From a virus: a stretch of 64,000 nucleotides of DNA. The translations under genes were made by a program, and so were the position numbers. The first letter of the stretch is position 1, and every line of letters begins with the position of its first letter. The notes beneath the pieces are model-generated. The model saw nothing but the letters and a program-made list of their open reading frames with translations. It was not told the DNA's origin and did no database searches. The stretch covers positions 32,001 to 96,000 of the IMG/VR virus record IMGVR_UViG_3300020045_010841, one strand, 5' to 3'. Shown here piece after piece: positions 29,001 through 39,338 of the stretch.

Positions 29001-30683
29001 CTAAATTTTACTAATGGTTATATTGTTATTTATTATTTTTATATTATATTTATCTTCAAAAGAAGACTCAAAAGCATTTTTAATATCTTCACTTTTATAT
29101 CCTTTATTTAATAAAGATTTCGACAATATATTTAATCTATTTTGAAGTTGAAATGTTTTATTAGTATTTACATATTGTTTAGATACCGAATTTATTATTC
29201 TTTTTATTTGTTCTACTTGAGTTGATGTTTTATTTATTTCTAATGAATCATATAATTTTTTATCATCAGGACTATTCTGTATTTGTTTATATAAAACATC
29301 ATTTACTTCTTTTTCTTTATCCGATGCTTCTTTTTCTGTTATAGATTGTAAACCTATTTGAGACATTAATTGGGATGCTTCTTCATCTGTGATATTATCA
29401 GTTCCTGAATCTAATGTTCCTTGTTCATTTTTTAAATCTATATAATATTGTCCTTCTTTTATTAATATTTGGTCTTTATTCGAATATGTTGGTGTTCCTT
29501 CATATTCAATCATATCTTGGGAATTAGTTACTATTACTCTTTTTCTTAATAAAGATGTATTATTGTCTGTTGTTTCCTCCTTTAATATAGTAATATTATA
29601 CCCTTTATATGAATTATTATTGTTAGTGTTATTAATTTTTATCGAAGGAAATAAATCTTCTAATAATATTAAATCAGATGATAAAGTATCTTTTCCTTGT
29701 TTAATAGTATCTAATAATACATCGTTAGTAAAATATGAACAAGAAGATAAATTTTCATATAATTGATTTAAACCAATTAATAATGTCATTATTTCATTCC
29801 TAATTCTTGTAATTTGTTTTATTACAGATGTAGATAAAAAAGTAGATACACTTTTTAATAATTTATCTAAATCATCAATGTCTCTATCAAACTTATTTAC
29901 CTTAGATGAAGAAGTAACTATAGCCCCAGATGTTAAATATTTAGCAGGGATTGGGAGTTTTTTAATAATATTAGAAGATAATTTATATATTTTAATTAAT
30001 ACATTTATTGTTTTAATTATTTTATTAATTAATTTTATTATATTATTAATTTGATTTATAGACTTATTTAATTTATTTACCAACTTAATTAATCTCATTA
30101 AACTAGATCTAAATTGTTCTGGTTTTATAATATTAGTTAATGTTTTATTTATTTGGTCTGCTTTACTACTTAACAATACTTCAGCTAAGTTGGAAGGATT
30201 CATGAAAGGAATTAACCTATTAGTAAGTGATTTTATTAGTAGTTTTTTATCTGATATTGATAATGCTGTATTAGTTATAACTAATGCGTCATTCAGATCT
30301 TGAAGTAGTTTAGATAATTTATCTCCTCCAGGTATTATATCTTTTAATTCTTCTGGTATTATTAAATCTTCTAATAGCAGTCTTATTTCTTCTATATCGT
30401 TTTGGATATTATCAGGATTACTATTTAATTCAAACTTATTAGTATATGAATTAATAAATTTAGTAACTTTATTTCCATATCCCTTTAATAATTTATCTAC
30501 TATTCCGTCTGGAGGTAATGTTTTAGTTAAAATATATCCCAAAGGGTTACAAAAATCAATAGAATTTATTTCTCTTACTACTTCATTTATATCAAATAAG
30601 ACATTAATAGTATCTTCCGTAATATTATTTATTTTTTTAGGAAGTTTATCTAATAATATATTTGAAAATTTAGTAGTATTCAT
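29001..30683 (-). CDS. Hypothetical helical protein in the baseplate module
   Basis: 560-aa ORF with long amphipathic helices. Confidence 0.6.
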   Translation of the reverse strand: MNTTKFSNILLDKLPKKINNITEDTINVLFDINEVVREINSIDFCNPLGYILTKTLPPDGIVDKLLKGYGNKVTKFINSYTNKFELNSNPDNIQNDIEEIRLLLEDLIIPEELKDIIPGGDKLSKLLQDLNDALVITNTALSISDKKLLIKSLTNRLIPFMNPSNLAEVLLSSKADQINKTLTNIIKPEQFRSSLMRLIKLVNKLNKSINQINNIIKLINKIIKTINVLIKIYKLSSNIIKKLPIPAKYLTSGAIVTSSSKVNKFDRDIDDLDKLLKSVSTFLSTSVIKQITRIRNEIMTLLIGLNQLYENLSSCSYFTNDVLLDTIKQGKDTLSSDLILLEDLFPSIKINNTNNNNSYKGYNITILKEETTDNNTSLLRKRVIVTNSQDMIEYEGTPTYSNKDQILIKEGQYYIDLKNEQGTLDSGTDNITDEEASQLMSQIGLQSITEKEASDKEKEVNDVLYKQIQNSPDDKKLYDSLEINKTSTQVEQIKRIINSVSKQYVNTNKTFQLQNRLNILSKSLLNKGYKSEDIKNAFESSFEDKYNIKIINNNITISKI

Positions 30684-30686
30684 TTA

Positions 30687-31103
30687 TTATAATGTAAAAT
30701 TTTGAGTTGAATTTAATGTTTGTAATAATTTTTTTATTCTTTTGGTTGATTTTACTAAACTATTTCCCGCAGTTTGAACGGAAGGAAGAGGATTATTATT
30801 ACTATCTATTGCTATCAATAATTGTTCTCCAACATTACTTAAATCATCTAATAATTTAGTTAATAAATTTTTAAGTTCATTTCCTTTAACTAAAGGTTCT
30901 TTAGCATCAATTCCTAACTGTAAATTGGAGGTATTAATAATTACTTCTTTTTCTGTATTTAAATGGATTCCTTCATTAGAAGATAAACATATAGCTTTAG
31001 ATGAAAATAAAAATATAGAATCATCTTTGGAATTTAATACTATTCGTCCTGAATTAATTATTGCTTGTTTTCCGTCATAGGGAAATTTTGGAGAATAAGA
31101 CAT
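30687..31103 (-). CDS. Baseplate spike-like protein (gp5/gpV C-terminal-like)
   Basis: QAIINSGRIVLNSK beta-repeats, EPLVKGNEL motif. Confidence 0.55.
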   Translation of the reverse strand: MSYSPKFPYDGKQAIINSGRIVLNSKDDSIFLFSSKAICLSSNEGIHLNTEKEVIINTSNLQLGIDAKEPLVKGNELKNLLTKLLDDLSNVGEQLLIAIDSNNNPLPSVQTAGNSLVKSTKRIKKLLQTLNSTQNFTL

Positions 31104-31105
31104 AT

Positions 31106-31903
31106 TTAAAATGAGTTAGCATCAGGTATTTGAAGTGATATATTTAGACTATTGGATAAGGTAATATTAAATGATAATAAGTTTTTACAAGATAATTCTA
31201 ATGGAATTTCTTGTCCTGATGTTAAATAAATTGATGAATCGTCATTATTTATATCTTCATATATTGGAGTCCAAGGAGATGATTTGGGATTATTTGTTTG
31301 TCCGTTTCTTATTATAGTAATAGGATCTCCATCATTTCCCGATTCACTCCATGGATTTTGGATTAAACCTTGTTTTTTATTAGTGGATGAAAATCTTATA
31401 GAATTTCCAAATCTTCCTTCAAATATAATGTCTCCTTCTTCATGAATTAGATTTTTTATATTTTCTTTTTCATTAAAATTATCTCCAAAATTTAATTCTT
31501 TTGGATTATTTTCATAATTTGAAATATCGGGAAATGCATTATGATGATTACTATTCCATAATCCTATAGGAATAGGAAGATAATAGAATTCTTTAGCATT
31601 TGGATTATCATTAATATTAATAGAAGGAGCATTCAATATTAATACTAATTCATTTTTTAGGGGATATTGTTTAATATTAGAAAATAATGGTTTAGCATAT
31701 GATTTTGATATAGAATCAGAATCTACTGATTTGAATATAGGTTTAAATTCGATTGTTCCTATATCCGCCCATCCTTTTAATTTTTTAAATAATGGTTGTT
31801 CGTTGGAAAGTAAAATATCCTTAACCCTAGCAGAAAATATATTTTCTGAGGATGGAATTCCTTTAGAATTTGAATGTGTATTATTTCCAGGATATAAACT
31901 CAT
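31106..31903 (-). CDS. Baseplate hub/spike N-terminal-like protein
   Basis: AKPL..YPLKNELV; EGDIIFEGRFGNSIRF; DINNDDSSIYLTS. Confidence 0.55.
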   Translation of the reverse strand: MSLYPGNNTHSNSKGIPSSENIFSARVKDILLSNEQPLFKKLKGWADIGTIEFKPIFKSVDSDSISKSYAKPLFSNIKQYPLKNELVLILNAPSININDNPNAKEFYYLPIPIGLWNSNHHNAFPDISNYENNPKELNFGDNFNEKENIKNLIHEEGDIIFEGRFGNSIRFSSTNKKQGLIQNPWSESGNDGDPITIIRNGQTNNPKSSPWTPIYEDINNDDSSIYLTSGQEIPLELSCKNLLSFNITLSNSLNISLQIPDANSF

Positions 31904-31904
31904 G

Positions 31905-32249
31905 TTATACTACCGATAATTTTTGTACACTATTTAATAATTGTTCCTTTTCATCATCAGATAATTGTAGATCACCATTATCGCTTTGTTTTCCCGTATT
32001 GATGGCTTTTTGAACAATTGTTGCCATTTTAATTAAATTATCATCATTTTTAACAGCTTCAGCAATATATCCTTTTATTAAAGGAACTACAATCATTGCT
32101 TCTCCGGGAGTAGTAATTAATGGTTTCAGATCATTAATTAACTGTTTTAATTCTTGTTCTTTATTTGTGTGATTAGTATGAATTTCTTTTAATATATCCG
32201 AAAAATTCTTTTTTCCAAAAAGTATTATATCTTTAAAATCAATTTCCAT
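31905..32249 (-). CDS. Hypothetical protein
   Basis: 114 aa; late motif at ~32269. Confidence 0.65.
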   Translation of the reverse strand: MEIDFKDIILFGKKNFSDILKEIHTNHTNKEQELKQLINDLKPLITTPGEAMIVVPLIKGYIAEAVKNDDNLIKMATIVQKAINTGKQSDNGDLQLSDDEKEQLLNSVQKLSVV

Positions 32250-32300
32250 AATGCATTTTATTATTTAATATAAATATAATAAATTAAAATTTTTATTATG

Positions 32301-33047
32301 TTAAAAATTAAGGGAAATAAAACCATATTCTAAATATTGTTGATTTAGTCTATGATATATTTTTTGCACCTTTTTAATTATTTTAGTTATTTGTTGAGTA
32401 TCTTGATTAGTCATTTCTCTAATATAAATAAATAATGCTTTTTTATTAAATATTTCAATGTACTCTCTGCGCTTAAATAATTCTATTATAGCATTACATG
32501 ATTTAAGATCTTCTTCGTTTTTAAAAATATCTTTATCGTGCATTTCAATATATTTAATAAACATATCAATACAATAATTTTCATCACTAAAAGGTTTTTC
32601 TAATGGATTAGGATTATTAATTAAATCTATAACTATACTTTTATCTTCATCTATACCTTCTAAATTATCAGTACCTAATATTTTTTTATATTGAGCATTA
32701 TTATTATTTATTAAATAATATTTAACTACAGTCCCAAAATATGAATATGCAGCTCCTTTTTCTTGAGAATATAAATGAAGTTTTTCTAATAAGTGATGGA
32801 TGCATTCTTGTTGAATATCTTCAACTGTTCCATCCATGTATGGAAATTTGAAAGTATTTATTATATTTTGAGTTAATTTAAAGAAAGGATAATCTATTCT
32901 TTCTCTATATATTCTATTCCTAATATTTTGATTATCGGAAGCAACATATTCTAAAATTGCTTCTTCAGTATCTTTAGTAAAATAATATATTTTTTGTTTT
33001 GGTTTACGTTTTCTAACGGTACCTTTTTTGGTTAATTCTTGTTCCAT
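32301..33047 (-). CDS. Phage sigma factor (T4 gp55-like late sigma)
   Basis: EDIQQECIHHLLEKLHLYSQEKGAAYSYFGTVVKYYL resembles sigma region 2 of gp55-type factors. Confidence 0.7.
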   Translation of the reverse strand: MEQELTKKGTVRKRKPKQKIYYFTKDTEEAILEYVASDNQNIRNRIYRERIDYPFFKLTQNIINTFKFPYMDGTVEDIQQECIHHLLEKLHLYSQEKGAAYSYFGTVVKYYLINNNNAQYKKILGTDNLEGIDEDKSIVIDLINNPNPLEKPFSDENYCIDMFIKYIEMHDKDIFKNEEDLKSCNAIIELFKRREYIEIFNKKALFIYIREMTNQDTQQITKIIKKVQKIYHRLNQQYLEYGFISLNF

Positions 33048-33107
33048 GTTAATATAATGTTTATAACACCATAATACGACAAGAAAATTAATAATCCTAA
33101 TTTAGAT

Positions 33108-33134
33108 AAAAAAACCTCACATCTCTGTGAGGTT
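33108..33134 (-). terminator. Intrinsic terminator
   Basis: AACCTCAC/GTGAGGTT stem followed by a T-run on the minus strand. Confidence 0.75.
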
Positions 33135-33168
33135 AATTGGATTGTGAGAAAATCCGAGCTTGACCAAG

Positions 33169-33459
33169 CTATTGTATAAATTTTGTATATGTGAATAATT
33201 GTTCTTGTATATCTTTAATTAATTTAAAATACCAACCAATTTCATCATCACCTTGAAATATTTGAGCTTTATCTATTTCAATGATCTTTTTCTCTGCTAA
33301 ATTAACCGCCTCATATATACTAAGTAAATATTCACTTTGTTTACGAAGAATTTCCTCCTGTTTTTTATTTTTAATAATAAGATTTCGAATTAACCATCCA
33401 ACTACTAATAACCCAATAAATATTATTTGGGCTAAAATAAACCATAATATAATTTCCAT
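33169..33459 (-). CDS. Membrane-anchored hypothetical protein
   Basis: N-terminal hydrophobic helix, FQGDDEIGWYF motif. Confidence 0.65.
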   Translation of the reverse strand: MEIILWFILAQIIFIGLLVVGWLIRNLIIKNKKQEEILRKQSEYLLSIYEAVNLAEKKIIEIDKAQIFQGDDEIGWYFKLIKDIQEQLFTYTKFIQ

Positions 33460-34124
33460 TATTTTTTCTTTAAAATTACTTCTTCCATATATTGTTGTTC
33501 GAATTCAATACGTGCAGCCATTAAGTCTGCCTGATGTAAAATATATGGTAATGATGTTCTTGGTTTAGTTTCAGCACCGAATGATTTTAAATATATATCA
33601 TTTGCTTGATCATATAATCCGTCATGAGTTTTAATTGCTGTCCATTCATTCTGAGATAATCCAATCTCGTGTTGCTGTAATAAAAATAATGAACGGTCAG
33701 GAACTGACATAAAGGGGATTTTTGTATTATAAGTATATAATTCACTTAAATTTTTAATTCTCCATTCATCCGTGCTGGGTAGATAAGCCTCATTAAATAT
33801 ATCTCCCATTTTACCTAAATCATGATTTATAGCTGAAAAAATTAGTTCTTCTAATGTGTATGTTTCTTGATTACATCCCATTACTCCCCATAATTTATGA
33901 AGATATAAAGATCCTTTAATTACTTTATTTACATGATGAATATATCCTCCAGGAAAACAACTATGATGTTTAGGAGTTGATGATGCGGGCATTAATGCTA
34001 CTCGTTCTTCATATTTCTTATAGAAGTCCAATAGTTGGTTTTTTCGATTTCCCTGAATATATGTTTCAATATATCCATTAAATTCTATCCAATTTTCTTT
34101 TATTTGTTCCGGTGTTAGAGTCAT
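33459..34124 (-). CDS. HD-domain phosphohydrolase
   Basis: PAS..HHSCFPGGYIHH, NHDLGK, HDG, LHQAD. Confidence 0.85.
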   Translation of the reverse strand: MTLTPEQIKENWIEFNGYIETYIQGNRKNQLLDFYKKYEERVALMPASSTPKHHSCFPGGYIHHVNKVIKGSLYLHKLWGVMGCNQETYTLEELIFSAINHDLGKMGDIFNEAYLPSTDEWRIKNLSELYTYNTKIPFMSVPDRSLFLLQQHEIGLSQNEWTAIKTHDGLYDQANDIYLKSFGAETKPRTSLPYILHQADLMAARIEFEQQYMEEVILKKK

Positions 34125-34292
34125 AATTAGTATTCTTCGTCGTTAGTATTAATAAGGGATTGGATTTCTTCTAATTGTTCAAGAAGAACTATTTCAATCT
34201 CTCTATATTCTCCAATTTGACCTCTTTCAGCCATAAATTTCAATGTTTTTAATTTATTAGTTACTGCTACTAATTTGTCCGAAATAAGATTT

Positions 34293-34619
34293 TTATATCT
34301 CATATAATTGTTTAATTTTAGTTATTATTTCATCTATATTATCGAATATATGAATTCCGTTTTGGGATTCCAAATCTGATTTAGTAATAAATGAGAGTAT
34401 TCTTGTTTGTAATGGAGAATAAATTTCTACAATTGGATATGTTTCAGTCCTATAATAATACTCAATTCTATTACCTATAACAGAGTTAGTTTTACTTCCG
34501 TCATCAATTATGGTTTCAATAAATGGTATACTATTATATTTTAATTTACTCTTTAAATCATTACAATATATACAATTCAGTAATGTATATAATTCAATAT
34601 TATATTTCATAAATAACAT
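34293..34619 (-). CDS. Glutaredoxin-like protein
   Basis: LYT..CIYC..LK, TYP motif. Confidence 0.7.
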   Translation of the reverse strand: MLFMKYNIELYTLLNCIYCNDLKSKLKYNSIPFIETIIDDGSKTNSVIGNRIEYYYRTETYPIVEIYSPLQTRILSFITKSDLESQNGIHIFDNIDEIITKIKQLYEI

Positions 34620-34830
34620 GTTTAAATTTAACTAATTTCAATGTCTAAATGTTGGACATTTTAAACTCATAACCAATCACATTTTCTATTCAATCAATTA
34701 TTAAAGTCTAATTTTTTCTATTTTTAAATAATAAGTATAATTTTTCTCTCGAACATTCTAATATACGAGGTTCAAAATATACGACCTATTCCCTCATTGA
34801 ATACTTGTGAACAAAAATAAAAACGTCATA

Positions 34831-35181
34831 TTAATATAAATCTTCGCTATATAAAATACCCTCACCACCACTAATCATAATAATTTGATTAGATTCTTTA
34901 GCTATATCCCAACCTTCTTGCCTATCAACAAATCTATTTTTATTAGTAAGAAAACCTTGAATATAAGGCCCACATTCACAATCTCTTAACCCAGTAACAG
35001 CAGACTTAGTATAAATGCATTGACCATGTCTTATACCTGTAAATACTACTCCTGATTTGCAATTTTGGGGTAAATATCTATCTAATGGGACTCTTTCATT
35101 TTTGATATGAGGAAACTCTTTATACCAAATTGCAGCACATAAAATATATTCTTTTACTTCCATGATATAACAGATAAACAT
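34831..35181 (-). CDS. Conserved phage hypothetical protein
   Basis: ILCAAIW..G.RH..QGFLT..RFVDR..LYSEDLY. Confidence 0.7.
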   Translation of the reverse strand: MFICYIMEVKEYILCAAIWYKEFPHIKNERVPLDRYLPQNCKSGVVFTGIRHGQCIYTKSAVTGLRDCECGPYIQGFLTNKNRFVDRQEGWDIAKESNQIIMISGGEGILYSEDLY

Positions 35182-35283
35182 ATTAATATTAAAAATAAAA
35201 CATATCCTAAAAATATTATAAATCCAAAAAAGTTATCGGATTTTATTTTATTTGATATAAACGTATAAAATTTTTTAAACATA

Positions 35284-35532
35284 TTACGTCGCAAGGTTTA
35301 AAATATATTGTTTTAAATCGCTTAAAATCGCTAAATTTCGCGTGTCTTTTATAGAAGAATAAAATAATTCTGCTTCGTCTATAAATTGAGATATAAATAA
35401 TATCATATCTTTTTCTTCAATATTTATTAATCCATTCTCTTTCATTTCTAAAATAGAATCGAGGGATTGTTTCATTAAATCACCAAGTAAGGGATTTAAA
35501 TATTGGTTTATTATTTGATCTTCTGTTCCCAT
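35284..35532 (-). CDS. Hypothetical protein
   Basis: 82-aa ORF. Confidence 0.55.
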   Translation of the reverse strand: MGTEDQIINQYLNPLLGDLMKQSLDSILEMKENGLINIEEKDMILFISQFIDEAELFYSSIKDTRNLAILSDLKQYILNLAT

Positions 35533-35789
35533 ACTTTTTTGGCTTGTTTATATCTAACACGAGTTATATATTGTGGAAATATATTTTCAGTTATTTTAAA
35601 TTTTAAAAATCGAAATAATGACTCATCATTTATGTCTTCTATTTTAAAATTAGGGAATTTAGTTAATATTGATTCTTGATCAATTGTTGATGCTGTTTTA
35701 GTAACATTATCCATCAAGACATAAATTCCCATACTGTTTTTATACCAATGATATCTTTTTCTAATTCTTTTCAATAATTTTGTTTTCAT
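35511..35789 (-). CDS. Hypothetical protein
   Basis: 92-aa ORF starting MKTKLLKRIRKR. Confidence 0.6.
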   Translation of the reverse strand: MKTKLLKRIRKRYHWYKNSMGIYVLMDNVTKTASTIDQESILTKFPNFKIEDINDESLFRFLKFKITENIFPQYITRVRYKQAKKVWEQKIK

Positions 35790-35802
35790 ATTTATATTTT
35801 AA

Positions 35803-36420
35803 TTAATAATAAGTTGGTTCTCCATTCATAAAATCTTTACCTAAATTTTCAATTACTTCTATTGCTTCTTTTAATCCAATTTCAAAAAATTCTCTACTAC
35901 TTCCTTGATAACTACTATATCGAACTGAATCCAGGTGTTTATGAACAAAATACTCAACCAAATAATCATCAATAACAGGTAATGCGTATCTTAGTTCCCA
36001 TTCAACTACATTTCCCGCATTATTGATCTGTTTAATACGTTTTTGTGGATTAACAGCTTTGCCTATTTTACAAATATGAGGATATGCTTTATTAATAAGA
36101 ACATAAACGTATTTTCCTTTCTCATTATTTTGATCCATCAATATTTTCTTCTTCTGTATCTTACCATATAAATAAACCCACTCTCTATTATTAGTAAGTG
36201 GGTCGTATGGTAATAATATTTCAATTTCATATTCAGGATCTAAATAATTAATTAAATCACCTAAATCAACTTTACGATATTTATTAGCTAAATCGTGATA
36301 ATTTTGATACCATAATGGATTAAAGGCATTTAATTCAATTTGGTTAGTATAATAAATGAATATTTCATTATTACTTTCTAATTGAATAGCTTGCTCTAGA
36401 TTAATCTTTTTGCGCCTCAT
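35803..36420 (-). CDS. GIY-YIG T5orf172-like domain protein
   Basis: YVYVLIN..KIGKA..KRIKQIN..E..VH..REFF. Confidence 0.75.
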   Translation of the reverse strand: MRRKKINLEQAIQLESNNEIFIYYTNQIELNAFNPLWYQNYHDLANKYRKVDLGDLINYLDPEYEIEILLPYDPLTNNREWVYLYGKIQKKKILMDQNNEKGKYVYVLINKAYPHICKIGKAVNPQKRIKQINNAGNVVEWELRYALPVIDDYLVEYFVHKHLDSVRYSSYQGSSREFFEIGLKEAIEVIENLGKDFMNGEPTYY

Positions 36421-36580
36421 ATTATTTCTTCAACTTTTATTGAATTTTTCATATAAACACGAGTTTGAAGTTTAAATTTTATTAATACTTCTTCTTCATT
36501 AAATGCTTTAATTTCTTTTGATAAATCAACAGCCTCATCATTAATCTCTTTCCAATAATATACTCTATATTTTTTCATAA

Positions 36581-36781
36581 TTATTCTTCATTAATTATTA
36601 ATTTACCTTCTCTCACTTGTAAAGAAGTATTAAATGACATTCCATGTCTTTGAGCTTTATTAAAATAATATTCAAATTGATCTGATGCTACTCTAATTCC
36701 ATCATGATCGTCTTTAGCAAAAATTAATTTATCTATAAATAGTTTCCCATTCGGTAATTGATATTTTATTCTAAATCTCAT
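36581..36781 (-). CDS. Hypothetical protein
   Basis: 66-aa ORF coupled to the upstream gene. Confidence 0.55.
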   Translation of the reverse strand: MRFRIKYQLPNGKLFIDKLIFAKDDHDGIRVASDQFEYYFNKAQRHGMSFNTSLQVREGKLIINEE

Positions 36782-37260
36782 AATTGATGTATAAAATGTA
36801 ATTGACTGAATTCTATTGGTTTATAATTAACTGCTTCACAAGATACATTTATATATCTTGGATCGTTTAACGTGTTTTCATGCACGTGCCCATGTATATT
36901 ATAAGAAAACCTATAATCTAATTCGTTTGGATGAACAGGACAATGAGTTAATAAATATTGCCCTTTGTAATTTAACATTCCTCCTACTTTAGTAACATAT
37001 TTTAATAAATCAGGAACGTGTTGGAATTTATCATGATTACCTAGTATTACTATCTTATCACCTTTAAGTCTATCTAATATAGAATATTTGTTCTTTTCCA
37101 TAGTGATGTCACCTAAAATATAAACCATATCTCTTTTTGAAATGACTTCATTCCAATTATATACTATTTGTTCATTCATTTCTTCCTCACAAGAAAAACC
37201 TCTCTTAATAGCCATGTTTTTGTGATGGAAGTGGGGGTCGGATATGAAAAACACACTCAT
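36778..37260 (-). CDS. Calcineurin-like metallophosphoesterase
   Basis: SDPHF, LGD, LGNHD, THCP, HGHVH. Confidence 0.9.
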   Translation of the reverse strand: MSVFFISDPHFHHKNMAIKRGFSCEEEMNEQIVYNWNEVISKRDMVYILGDITMEKNKYSILDRLKGDKIVILGNHDKFQHVPDLLKYVTKVGGMLNYKGQYLLTHCPVHPNELDYRFSYNIHGHVHENTLNDPRYINVSCEAVNYKPIEFSQLHFIHQL

Positions 37261-37448
37261 TATTCTATTAATTTTCTTGTTAAACTTTTTCCAATTTTAA
37301 ACCAATTAGATTCACCTATTTCTCCTTTCCAATATTCACAGTTTGAATCTTCCCGTACTAAAACAACTATTCCTACTAAACTTATTGCTAATATAAACGT
37401 CATTATCATCCATACTATTAATACTAAACTAATTCCCAATGTTTTCAT
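37260..37448 (-). CDS. Small membrane protein
   Basis: Long hydrophobic N-terminal segment. Confidence 0.55.
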   Translation of the reverse strand: MKTLGISLVLIVWMIMTFILAISLVGIVVLVREDSNCEYWKGEIGESNWFKIGKSLTRKLIE

Positions 37449-37463
37449 AATCTTTATTTATAT

Positions 37464-37694
37464 TTATAATTCTGTCCAGTAATCTGGTTCTATTAAACTA
37501 AAACAACCTAAATTTTCTATTTCCCAATAATATTGTTCATCAATACTCATAACAGGCAATTCATCTTTTAATAATTTAGCTTTATATATTTCTTTTTGGT
37601 TTATATTTTCTATTTTTATTAAAACCCATTTATTTAAATTGGGAAGACTATTTAATCCTAGTCTCATATATATTTTATTCCATTCGGGATTCAT
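37464..37694 (-). CDS. Hypothetical protein
   Basis: 76 aa downstream of the promoter at 37728. Confidence 0.6.
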   Translation of the reverse strand: MNPEWNKIYMRLGLNSLPNLNKWVLIKIENINQKEIYKAKLLKDELPVMSIDEQYYWEIENLGCFSLIEPDYWTEL

Positions 37695-37727
37695 ATTATA
37701 AATGGTTAATTATTAATATTCTACTTT

Positions 37728-37740
37728 GTAAATATACGAA
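37728..37740 (-). promoter_or_regulatory. Early-type promoter TTCGTATATTTAC (representative of ~27 copies)
   Basis: GTAAATATA(C/T)GA on plus at 37728, 42335, 45640, 46074, 46871, 50000, 51080, 51167, 51401, 53309, 54096, 55784, 56426, 57572, 58662, 59808, 59916, 60035, 60245, 60801, 60964, 62640; intergenic and upstream of minus-strand genes; resembles the Bacteroidota -7 box. Confidence 0.85.
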
Positions 37741-37761
37741 AATTGTTTTATATAAACTAAG

Positions 37762-37788
37762 AAAGTCCTTGATTTCTCAAGGACTCTT
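37762..37788 (-). terminator. Intrinsic terminator
   Basis: AGTCCTTGA/TCAAGGACT stem followed by TTCTT on minus. Confidence 0.65.
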
Positions 37789-37796
37789 ATATAAAT

Positions 37797-38090
37797 ATGT
37801 TGTTGGGAATTAAAGTGATATAGACGTTAACAAAACTAAAAACTAAATCAAAGACCTTCTTCTATTTCAAAGGCAAAATCAAAAACTAAGTCTCTTTCGT
37901 TAACCACTTTTAATCTTATCCATTATGGCTCAACCATAATTTCACTTAAGTAACATGTTTAACTAGGGAGTTCTATCTCAGTTTTGGGTTGTTTTTAGAA
38001 GAAGCGAAGTTATCAATGGACAATTAAGTCCCCTTATTTTGCTGTTAGTTTATATATCATATAATTATAAATAACTTTAATCCCAACATA
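37797..38090 (-). ncRNA. Candidate ~290-nt structured ncRNA
   Basis: No ORF in the track; ends pair (TGTTGGGA-ATTAAAGT with ACTTTAAT-CCCAACA); internal hairpin ATTATGG/CCATAAT. Confidence 0.55.
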
Positions 38091-38135
38091 AAATCTAAAG
38101 ATATAGGCTTATGCTTTTATCTTTTCAATACCATA

Positions 38136-39056
38136 TTATTCTAATTGTTTTAAAAATATATCTACTACTGGTTGAAATAAAATATCAACATCAATTTTTA
38201 ATAAAATAGCTTCCTCAATTCTCTTTTGACGTTTGCTTTCAAAATCATGAGTAGCTTTTTGAGCATCGGCTAACCATAATTTATAAGTTCTACTATAATC
38301 TTCTAGTATAATCTTATTTTTCTCATTAATTTCTGATTGTTGCATTGCATTTTCTTGAGAAATATATGAGTTTTGGGACGTAACTAAGTTTTTAATTTTA
38401 GATTTAAAATAGTTTACTTTTTGTTCATATCCTCTATGTAATGAAGATAATTCTTCATGTATCTTAAGAAGTTGTTCTGAAGTGTGGTGAATTTCAACTA
38501 ACATTGGTGATTTCTTACCAACCTCAATCTCCATAAATTCTAATGTCTTTATCGTTGGAATTTCTGTTCTTAATTTATCTAAAGTACCTCCTTTATGAAT
38601 AAATTGACCGATATGAGCAGCATATGCTTCCGCTTCTAAAAACATATTATAATCTCCCGAACTTAATTGTTCCCACCCCCAACTTTCGTCTACTAAAGGT
38701 TTTGGTTTCAAAAAATGAGTCTCAGGATGTTCTGGTTCTGGGATTATATTACTATAATCAAATTTTTCATTCTTAATAGATTGAATTATATCATCTTTTG
38801 CTTTAATATTTTCCATCAAAAATGCTTGAGTAGCATGCAATGATGCTTTCTCATTCAAAAGAGAAACAATATTTGAAGGGATTTCATTTTTAGTAGTTTC
38901 AATATATTCCCTTTTATTAATTGTTAATTTTCGAGAATAATTATTGATATTAGAAAGTTTAGCAGTAATATCTCTACTTCTTTGATTACAAAGATTTGAT
39001 ATTGATTGTGCTTGGGACATAGATAATCCCTTTGTAGAAAGTGAATTCTTTTTCAT
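38136..39056 (-). CDS. Conserved coiled-coil phage protein
   Basis: 306 aa; GLSMSQAQSISNL, EAEAYAAHIGQFIH motifs. Confidence 0.75.
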   Translation of the reverse strand: MKKNSLSTKGLSMSQAQSISNLCNQRSRDITAKLSNINNYSRKLTINKREYIETTKNEIPSNIVSLLNEKASLHATQAFLMENIKAKDDIIQSIKNEKFDYSNIIPEPEHPETHFLKPKPLVDESWGWEQLSSGDYNMFLEAEAYAAHIGQFIHKGGTLDKLRTEIPTIKTLEFMEIEVGKKSPMLVEIHHTSEQLLKIHEELSSLHRGYEQKVNYFKSKIKNLVTSQNSYISQENAMQQSEINEKNKIILEDYSRTYKLWLADAQKATHDFESKRQKRIEEAILLKIDVDILFQPVVDIFLKQLE

Positions 39057-39081
39057 AATCTTAATTTAATATAGTTAATTG

Positions 39082-39154
39082 TGGTCCATGCGGGATTTGA
39101 ACCCGCAACCTTCGCGTTATGAGCGCGCTTCTCTACCAGTTGAGATAACGGACC
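39082..39154 (-). tRNA. tRNA-Met/Ile2 (CAT)
   Basis: Cloverleaf; anticodon loop CTCATAA; T-loop TTCAAAT. Confidence 0.85.
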
Positions 39155-39338
39155 TAAGTTGGAAAGTATTTAGAGATACTTTCCTTTAAAAGTTCTTTTT
39201 CACCCAAAAGTATACTTTAAAACTCTAAAGGTTTGACTTTGTTAAAGGAAAAAATCAAACTAAACCCTACTATTATTCTCATCTTTGATTTTTCGATAAT
39301 CAATTTCTAAATAGCATAGTACAATAAAACGCTCTAGT

